From contig JAMWCW010000001.1 of assembly GCA_023819145.1 (NCBI GenBank), positions 66,400 to 130,399 of the forward strand: a stretch of 64,000 nucleotides of DNA, given 5' to 3'. The stretch's first letter is position 1. Every line of letters begins with the position of its first letter. The position numbers were made by a program, and so were the translations under genes. The stretch is from Candidatus Omnitrophota bacterium (GTDB taxonomy: Bacteria > Omnitrophota > Gorgyraeia > DTHP01). The notes under the pieces were generated by a model, which was not told the DNA's origin, ran no database searches, and saw nothing but the letters and a program-made list of their open reading frames with translations. Positions 8,869 through 16,083 of the stretch are shown here, one piece after another.

Positions 8869-10407
8869 ATGAGAAAAATATTTTTAGTTCTTTCTTTTTG
8901 TTTATTGTTTTTTCTATTTTGTCCTTTAAATTATAATTCTCAAGAATATTTTTCTTTCCGTAGAATTCATCGTAATCTTTTAATCACTGACCCACAACTT
9001 TTAGATGAGGCATATTTGTTGAATATCCTCCATATTGGGGGTGGATTGGGTTCCATTGTAGTCGATGCTCGTAGCGGAGAGCATATTGCGAGATTGAGTA
9101 TCTCTGGGAAAAGAATTATTAGTCGTGATGGTTTTAGCGTGCAGGATATTTTAAAAGGGATAGAAGAAGGGCGATTCGTTACTGTTACTCATCAAGAATT
9201 AGTTCAGAGGGCTCTTGAACATAGAGAGAATTGTGTGCTTGTCTTTACAGGTGGTGGAGATTCTGCGGGTATAAATGCAGTAATCAGTTCTGCAGTCCAA
9301 GGATTAAAGAAATTGAAACCAGAAATGACTGTTTTGGGTTTAAGAAACGCAGGAGCCAGTCTGGTGGTTTCTCCGGAAGAATTTCCCGAACATCTTGTTC
9401 TGATAGATGAATTATACGCTGAAGATGTTGCGGAACAGGGCAGTACTTTTTTGGGCTCTTCAAGGTATAATCCTTTTAAGAAAGCAGAAGATATGGCAAA
9501 GACTCTGGAAAACATAAAGGGTTTTGGAGCGTGGATTTCTACAGGAGGAGATGATAATCTTAAGGTTGCCCAGAGATTATCCCAGGAAAATCCGGAAATG
9601 GTGGTTTTGGCTACTGCCAAAACCATCGATGGTGATGTGATGGTTAATGGAAGAGGAGTGCAATGTTTGGGATTTGATTCAGCAGCGAAGATGTATCGGG
9701 ACGAAATTTATTCTATTGCCCAGAGTGCCAAAGCTCATGGAGAGAAAGAACAACCGCTGGTAATTGTGGTTGAGGTGTTTGGAAGGGATTCCGGAAGGTT
9801 GGCTTTTGAATCGGCGCGCCCCGATGACTTTTCCGGATTGAATGCGGAGGAAATTCGGAGACAAGTTGACCTTGCAGGAACGATAATGATCGTTGTTCCT
9901 GAGGAGAAACATGCTGACGGGACTCAAGCGACCATTGATGAATTAGTAAAAAGGGCAGAGGAAATTATTGCCCGCGAAAATGCAGTGGTAATAGTTGTTG
10001 CTGAAGGTTATCGGCCAGGAGATATGCCGGATATTGTAAAAACTTCTTCTAAAACAGATGCCTACGGACACGTTCAACTTGCCGGCATTGGTTCCGCGCT
10101 TGTTCCGGTTTTAGAAAAAAGAATTCCTAAAGCAAAAGTAAGAACCTCTCTTCTTAACTATGAAGGAAGGGGAACGCTTCCCAGCGAATACGATGTTACA
10201 TTGGGTTATAAGATTGGTTGGGAAATGGCTGAACTAATAGCCCAAGGAGTGACGGGTGGAAGGTTTGTAGGATATTTCAATGAAATGGATGCCCGTTTTG
10301 AACTGCCGGTGGTGCTGGAATTGGTGAATATCTCTAACCAGAATACCTTAGAGCTTTATCCCCGTCAAATATTAGAGAGGAATAGGGTTTTGGTGCTTGA
10401 TAGGTAA
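8869..10407 (+). CDS. pfp: Phosphofructokinase-family protein, predicted PPi-dependent, with ~115-aa N-terminal extension (TM plus FSFRRIHRN)
   Basis: VLVFTGGGDSAGINAV (GGDxxGxNA), ISTGGDDNLKVA (GGDD rather than GGDG) and AKTIDGDV (K-TIDxD) are PFK active-site motifs. Asp at the 104-equivalent and Lys at the 124-equivalent follow the published rule for PPi-PFK. RBS AAGGAGGG. Confidence 0.6.
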   Translation: MRKIFLVLSFCLLFFLFCPLNYNSQEYFSFRRIHRNLLITDPQLLDEAYLLNILHIGGGLGSIVVDARSGEHIARLSISGKRIISRDGFSVQDILKGIEEGRFVTVTHQELVQRALEHRENCVLVFTGGGDSAGINAVISSAVQGLKKLKPEMTVLGLRNAGASLVVSPEEFPEHLVLIDELYAEDVAEQGSTFLGSSRYNPFKKAEDMAKTLENIKGFGAWISTGGDDNLKVAQRLSQENPEMVVLATAKTIDGDVMVNGRGVQCLGFDSAAKMYRDEIYSIAQSAKAHGEKEQPLVIVVEVFGRDSGRLAFESARPDDFSGLNAEEIRRQVDLAGTIMIVVPEEKHADGTQATIDELVKRAEEIIARENAVVIVVAEGYRPGDMPDIVKTSSKTDAYGHVQLAGIGSALVPVLEKRIPKAKVRTSLLNYEGRGTLPSEYDVTLGYKIGWEMAELIAQGVTGGRFVGYFNEMDARFELPVVLELVNISNQNTLELYPRQILERNRVLVLDR

Positions 10408-10461
10408 AGAGATAACTTATTTTATTTGGCATTTTTAAAACAAATAGGTTTCTGAGTATTT

Positions 10462-11253
10462 GTGCGATATTTAATAATAAGAAAAATAGTAATTATTTTA
10501 TTTTTTTTGGCTCTTTCTCAGACAATAGTATTTTCTCCGGTGTATGCTCGCAGAGTGAAGTGGTTTGGGGGTGAGTTATCACTTCTTCAAGAAAATAATT
10601 TTTTTGTAGGGCTGGAAGATAGTTTGAAAGAGTTTGTTATTAAATTCGAGGATGCCAGAGTAATAAAATCTATCTCTCAGCCAGAGCCATTAGAAGGGGA
10701 TGCCCCTTTTGATTCCGGAGAAAAGATAGTTACCTATAAAATTGAGGTTTTGACAGATAAAGGGGTTAGCAGTTTAGTAGTGAAATTGGTAAGTAGCAGA
10801 GAAGCAAAAAATTTCTTAACTGCTTCTTTAAGGGGTGTTTCTCCAGGTCCAGCGATTTTTGTAGAACAGGGGTGGGAGAACAGAAATGGCGTTAGCGAAG
10901 GTTATTTAATCTATCGGTTCTTTGAAGGAGTGAAGTTAAGCGAAATTTGTAATCAGGAACAGGCAATTGATATCCTAAAGAATAATCTTTGGATTATTGA
11001 AGAATTAGGTATTAAACTTGCGAATTTAAAGAAAGCAGGGGTAAAATATAGAGATTTTTTATATTATAATACGCTTATTGATTTAGAAAAGAGAGCTCTT
11101 GTGATTGTTGATTACGGTGATAGGCATTGCGCTGATCCCTTTATTCAGGTAAGAGATTGGTGGTTGCCTTTGATGTTCAATACTGAACCCGAGATATTAG
11201 AGAAAGTTATTAGTTTATTTGTAGAAGTTTATCAGAGAGAATTAAATAATTAA
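10462..11253 (+). CDS. Hypothetical protein with TM plus YARRVKW leader; possible small kinase-like fold
   Basis: GTG start with weak RBS. IVDYGDRHCADPF and VVKLVSS are faintly reminiscent of a kinase-like fold but not diagnostic. Confidence 0.35.
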   Translation: MRYLIIRKIVIILFFLALSQTIVFSPVYARRVKWFGGELSLLQENNFFVGLEDSLKEFVIKFEDARVIKSISQPEPLEGDAPFDSGEKIVTYKIEVLTDKGVSSLVVKLVSSREAKNFLTASLRGVSPGPAIFVEQGWENRNGVSEGYLIYRFFEGVKLSEICNQEQAIDILKNNLWIIEELGIKLANLKKAGVKYRDFLYYNTLIDLEKRALVIVDYGDRHCADPFIQVRDWWLPLMFNTEPEILEKVISLFVEVYQRELNN

Positions 11254-11325
11254 TGAGATTTGCTACTCTTAAAGAAATTATCTTGCGGCGAGAAATGATC
11301 ACAATTTTAAGGGGGAGGAAGTGAT

Positions 11326-13551
11326 ATGGGTATGAGGAAAATATTCATATTTTGTTTTATTCTCATAAAATTTGCCATCTTTTCATTTTCTTTTAATTTT
11401 TCCTCTTTAGAAATTATTGCGCATCGCAGAACTAAAATTTCTCCTTTAGTAGCAAATCATGAGTCTGTAAGGAAAGTTTTAGTAGATATTTTCTACAGAG
11501 CAGCAGGATTTCAAGGGGCTTTGCGCAGCGGAACAGCACAAGAACGGCGAGATATTTTAAACCAACCTGAGGTAAAGCGCGCTGTTTCTTTGCTCCAATA
11601 TGGTTTGAGTTTAGGAAGTACAACTTTAAGAAATCAAGTGGCTTATCTTGCTGAACGTTTAGGGATAAGCGCGAATCCCGCAGTAAATATTGGAATCTAT
11701 CAGGGAGAAGCCGAAATTTTTGATATTCTGGGAAATATCTTTATGCCTGAGGGAGATGGTTTAGTCTTTTATCAAAAAGGAACTGATAATCCCGAAACTC
11801 TTTTTAAGCCTTTTTTGGCTCGCTATGGAGCCAAAATATTTGAATTTGACCCTTACTTCGTAGAGCGCAATTCTACTCCCTCCTATTCTACAGAATTAAG
11901 CGGTTTTGAAGCGCTGATTTCTTTAGCTATTCAAGAGGGACAAAATCCGCGTTTTATCTATCTTAGCGGAAAAGGTTTAACCGAAGCGCAAGCAAGAAGA
12001 ATTTATGCTTTGGCAGAAACTTACAATCTTATAATTATTGAGGATATTACCAACGCAAACCCTACAGATTATCTACTTTCTGCAAACGATTCTCAAGGGA
12101 GAGTAATTTCCATCGGAAATTTTGACAAGTATTTAGGGGCTGCAAATCCTTTAAGTTATGCCATTGCGGGAGAAGAGATTATGCGTCTTATGGAAATTGC
12201 TATTGGCGGGATAAGTCTTCATCCCAATGCTTTTATTCAGCCGATAGTCTCGGAAATTTTAGCCCAAAACGGTATACCTTTCTCGGTAAATGTTTCCTAT
12301 AAACCCATCACTCTTTCTGAGAGTGTAAAAGCAATTCTTGCTTCAACAGGTGCAGACCAGCGCTTAAAACCCTCCATCATTAGAGAAATTCTTAAAGGGG
12401 CAGTTTCGGATATGGTGCGTATGGGAGGAGGGGTTCCTGCCGAGGAGTTCTTCCCTTATGTGGAAATTGCCCAGATTATAGAAAATATGAGCCCTGAGGA
12501 ATGGGAAAAGGTAATGGCTGGGGACCCGGCGATTAATTTAGAGTTGCGCAGTGTTTTTTGCCGGTGGCTTGAAGAAAGAGGAATAAAAGCTGACCCCCGT
12601 CAGGTTTTGGTAACCAATGGGAGCCAGCAGGGTTTGGATTTATTGGGAAGATGGGTGGGAAAAGAAGGAGTTGTTTTTGCCGAATCTCCTACCTATGTAG
12701 GAATGATTACGGGAGTTGCTCCTTACGGAGGCCTTCCTTATGGTAGAAATATTCGGCATTGGGATTTACGCACACTCACTGGATTAGAGAATTTAGAGAA
12801 AGAAATTGAAGAGAACTATCGAGGTAAAAAAATTGTTTTATATGTTACACCAAACTTTGGTAATCCTCCTTCAGGGAATATGTGGACGATTAGCGAAAGA
12901 AGGAATCTTCTGGCTTTTGCCCAGAGGATGCGCTTAAAGGGATACGATTTGCATATTGTAGAAGATGATCCTTATGGAGAACTAAATTATACTGGTCAAA
13001 GAATTGTAGATATCAAAGAGTTGGATACAAACGGAACAGTAATTTATTTCAACTCCAATTCCAAAGTCTTTTCTCCGGGAATGCGTGTGGGGTACATTGT
13101 GGCTGATGAGAAAATAATTCATGAATTTGCTTCTCTTATGGATGAAGTAGGTTCTTTTGTTCCTACACTCCCCCAACTTATTATTACTAAGTTTATCGAG
13201 ACAGGAGCGATGGATAGACATATTGAATTTTTGATTGGTGAATATTCAAAACGTGCACGGGCAATGGAAGAAGCTTTAGAGGAATTTATGCCTGAAGGTG
13301 TAACCTGGACAAAACCTGAGGGAGGGTTATTTATTACTTTAACTGTTCCCTGGGATATAGATTTTATGGCCATGCTTGAGGAGGCCAAAAATTACGCGAT
13401 TCCCTTTAACTTTGTTCCGGGTATCGCCTTTAGTGTGGATGGCTCAAGTGCTCATAAAATTCGTCTTTGCTTTTCCACAGAGTCTGAAGAAAGAATAACC
13501 TTAGGTATTAAGGCTTTTGCGGAGTTGATAAAAAAACACCTTGGCCAATAG
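11326..13551 (+). CDS. PLP-dependent class I/II aminotransferase fused to ~400-aa N-terminal domain, TM plus AHRRTKISP leader
   Basis: C-terminal half has VLVTNGSQQGLDLL, DDPYGEL and NSNSKVFSPGMRVGYIV (the SxSKxxxxxGxRxG Lys-PLP motif of fold-type I aminotransferases). RBS GGGGGAGG. Confidence 0.6.
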   Translation: MGMRKIFIFCFILIKFAIFSFSFNFSSLEIIAHRRTKISPLVANHESVRKVLVDIFYRAAGFQGALRSGTAQERRDILNQPEVKRAVSLLQYGLSLGSTTLRNQVAYLAERLGISANPAVNIGIYQGEAEIFDILGNIFMPEGDGLVFYQKGTDNPETLFKPFLARYGAKIFEFDPYFVERNSTPSYSTELSGFEALISLAIQEGQNPRFIYLSGKGLTEAQARRIYALAETYNLIIIEDITNANPTDYLLSANDSQGRVISIGNFDKYLGAANPLSYAIAGEEIMRLMEIAIGGISLHPNAFIQPIVSEILAQNGIPFSVNVSYKPITLSESVKAILASTGADQRLKPSIIREILKGAVSDMVRMGGGVPAEEFFPYVEIAQIIENMSPEEWEKVMAGDPAINLELRSVFCRWLEERGIKADPRQVLVTNGSQQGLDLLGRWVGKEGVVFAESPTYVGMITGVAPYGGLPYGRNIRHWDLRTLTGLENLEKEIEENYRGKKIVLYVTPNFGNPPSGNMWTISERRNLLAFAQRMRLKGYDLHIVEDDPYGELNYTGQRIVDIKELDTNGTVIYFNSNSKVFSPGMRVGYIVADEKIIHEFASLMDEVGSFVPTLPQLIITKFIETGAMDRHIEFLIGEYSKRARAMEEALEEFMPEGVTWTKPEGGLFITLTVPWDIDFMAMLEEAKNYAIPFNFVPGIAFSVDGSSAHKIRLCFSTESEERITLGIKAFAELIKKHLGQ

Positions 13552-13608
13552 ATTTTTTTGTAATATTTATATCTCCCTTTGGTTATAGATAATAGGGGGG
13601 CGAGAAAG

Positions 13609-14769
13609 ATGAAGAAATACTTAAGAATTAGAGGGATATTTATTTTAGTAGTATTTGTAGTATTTTTATTTACGCTTTTGATTCCTGTAAAACATTCCTT
13701 GGCTTATCCCAGGAGTTATCCTTATTTAGTTTCTAATTCATTACCAGCTTTTTCCGCGCGAGGGTTTAATGAAGCGCTCTTAGCGCGAGTTTTGCGCGAG
13801 ATTATCATTATCTATAAATTCTTGGCTCAAATCGAAAGGGTTCTTAATGAAAGAGGAGAAAATGATTTTCCATCTTTAGGTAGGGTCATCGGAGACAGAC
13901 CTCAGGAGAGAGAAAATTCCCAAAATACTCCCCCCAAAAGAAGTAATTTAAGGGAAGAACCTGCGGGTAACCGTCATCTAGACCCAGAAAATCCTTCGGC
14001 AAAACTACCAGAAGGGTCATCTTCGTCACCTGCTGGTTCTCTAGGAAAGATAAAGATTGCGATTATTGATATTGACTCTAAGCACGCCGCAGAAGTAAAG
14101 GCGGTAATGGAAGAGACAATTCGGCGTAAGAATCCCGGGGCAAAAGTAGAAATTCGTACCATTATTCTTCCTGGCAAATGGCAAAGGGATGGTTCTAAAG
14201 CGGTGGCTACCAGTGATATTTTAGACGCTTTTGCAGAAGCCAAAGCTTGGGGCGCAAAGGTAATCAATATGAGTATTGGTGCACAAGGAGGTGTAGACGG
14301 TATAGTGCTTAGTGCCTTACGCGACCTTTCTGAAAGTGGCATTCTGGTAGTAGCGGCATCAGGTAATGAAGGTAGTTATGATGCTTGGGGGCAAGCTGGC
14401 CGATATGTCTTATCAGTGGGGGTAAGAGGTGCACCTTATTCCAATACCGCTGATTTATATGTCGATTGGGGAGAGCTTCCACCTGGATTAGAAGGCACAT
14501 CTTTTGCTGCTCCGATTATTGCTGCGGAAGCGGCTTTAGCCTGGTTAGAAAACCCTTCCCTTAACTTGGCAAGTTTGCCTTCTCAATTAGGTTCACGGGA
14601 CACAGTTTATGCCCGGAGTAATCCTCCGCAAAGAAGTTCGCAGGGGTTTCACACTTCGGCAATAGAGTTTGTAAGGCCACCTGTTGTTTTTTATACGCCG
14701 GTGGAAGAAATGCCTTTTTACGAACAGAGTTTTTATTCGCCTGTTGGCTGTTTTCCGTCTTTTTGGTAA
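13609..14769 (+). CDS. Subtilisin-like serine peptidase (S8 family) with N-terminal TM helix
   Basis: VVAASGNEGS (Asn oxyanion region), GTSFAAPIIAAEAALAW (GTSxAAP Ser motif) and AKVINMSIG. RBS AGGGGGG before the ATG at 13609; the six-frame ORF extends to 13579. Confidence 0.6.
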   Translation: MKKYLRIRGIFILVVFVVFLFTLLIPVKHSLAYPRSYPYLVSNSLPAFSARGFNEALLARVLREIIIIYKFLAQIERVLNERGENDFPSLGRVIGDRPQERENSQNTPPKRSNLREEPAGNRHLDPENPSAKLPEGSSSSPAGSLGKIKIAIIDIDSKHAAEVKAVMEETIRRKNPGAKVEIRTIILPGKWQRDGSKAVATSDILDAFAEAKAWGAKVINMSIGAQGGVDGIVLSALRDLSESGILVVAASGNEGSYDAWGQAGRYVLSVGVRGAPYSNTADLYVDWGELPPGLEGTSFAAPIIAAEAALAWLENPSLNLASLPSQLGSRDTVYARSNPPQRSSQGFHTSAIEFVRPPVVFYTPVEEMPFYEQSFYSPVGCFPSFW

Positions 14770-14876
14770 TTTTTGTTTGTTTTCTTCTAAATAAAGGGGA
14801 CACTTACTACCGACTCTTCATTGGTTGTAAGAAAGTAAAAGATATTAAACTTGAATTCCGAGGAGGTATTATATAA

Positions 14877-16064
14877 ATGAAAAATAGTAGAGGAAAGATT
14901 TATGTTATGTTTTTGGGTTTGTTATTTTTCTTTCTTAACTCATTATTATATTTAGACTTATCTGCGGGATGCTCTTTCCGGCGAATCAAAACTCAACCTG
15001 CCAAAGAATCTGCGCTGGTGCTTTTTTTCCACGAATTAGGTAGAGAAGATATTTTTTTAGTGGGAGGAAAAGGGGCAAATTTGGGAGAACTTTCGCATAT
15101 TGCCGGGATAAGCGTTCCCGAGGGGTTTGTAGTTACCACCACCGCTTTTCAAAAATTTTTAGATGCCAACCCTGGATTACAAGATAAAATTATCAGGATT
15201 ATAAATAGTATAGATTGGGATACCCCTTCCAGTATAAACTCTGCTGCGGAAAAGATAAAAGAAGCGGTTTTGCGTGCGAACATGCCGCGAGAGATTATTG
15301 AGATGATTAAAGCAGGTTATGGCCATTTAGAAGAGATCTCCGGAATAAAGGATGTGCCCTGTGCTGTAAGAAGTTCGGGAGTTGCTGAGGATTCTCCTAA
15401 CTTTTCTTGGGCAGGTCAATTCCGCACTGAATTAAATCAGAGGGGAATATATCAGGTTTTAGAGGCGGTTAAATTAATCTGGGCAGAGTTGTATAATCCT
15501 GATGCCCTTACCTATGGACATCAGAATGGTATCGACCCGCGCAAATTTTCTATGGGAGTGGTAATTCAGCGGATGATAAATTCAGAGAAATCAGGAGTGG
15601 CTTTTGGACTGGAGTCCGATACAGGTTTTCGTGCCAATCCCGGAGGAATGGAAGGAGTTTTTTATATTGAAGGGGTTTATGGTTTAGGTGAAGGGATGGT
15701 GCAAAATATTCAAGAACCTGATGGATTTTTGGTAGTAAAGATGCCTAATGGTGAATTTAAAATTATTGAACGCATTTTCGGTTCCAAAAGAGAACAGATA
15801 GTTTATCGGTCTGGAATGAGTGGGACAGAGAAAACTTCGGTTCCCGAAGAATGGCGTCAGAGATGGGTTTTTTCAGAAGCAGAGGTGTTAGAGATTGCTC
15901 GTGCAGTTTTTGCCTTAAATAGCCACTATAATCATCCCCAGGATGTAGAATTTGCCTGGGAAGGAGGAAAACTATACATATTACAATCACGCAATGAGAC
16001 AGTTCATGCAGATAAACCAGTAGATTTAATTGAATGGAGAAAGTTTAGAATTAACCTTAAATGA
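14877..16064 (+). CDS. PEP-utilizing dikinase (PpsA/PPDK family) N-terminal nucleotide-binding domain protein, TM plus SFRRIKTQP leader
   Basis: FLVGGKGANLGELSHIAGISVPEGFVVTTTAFQKF is the PPDK_N / PEP synthase ATP-grasp signature. RBS AGGAGG 10 nt upstream. Confidence 0.65.
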   Translation: MKNSRGKIYVMFLGLLFFFLNSLLYLDLSAGCSFRRIKTQPAKESALVLFFHELGREDIFLVGGKGANLGELSHIAGISVPEGFVVTTTAFQKFLDANPGLQDKIIRIINSIDWDTPSSINSAAEKIKEAVLRANMPREIIEMIKAGYGHLEEISGIKDVPCAVRSSGVAEDSPNFSWAGQFRTELNQRGIYQVLEAVKLIWAELYNPDALTYGHQNGIDPRKFSMGVVIQRMINSEKSGVAFGLESDTGFRANPGGMEGVFYIEGVYGLGEGMVQNIQEPDGFLVVKMPNGEFKIIERIFGSKREQIVYRSGMSGTEKTSVPEEWRQRWVFSEAEVLEIARAVFALNSHYNHPQDVEFAWEGGKLYILQSRNETVHADKPVDLIEWRKFRINLK

Positions 16065-16083
16065 AAAAAGGGGGAGATAAATA

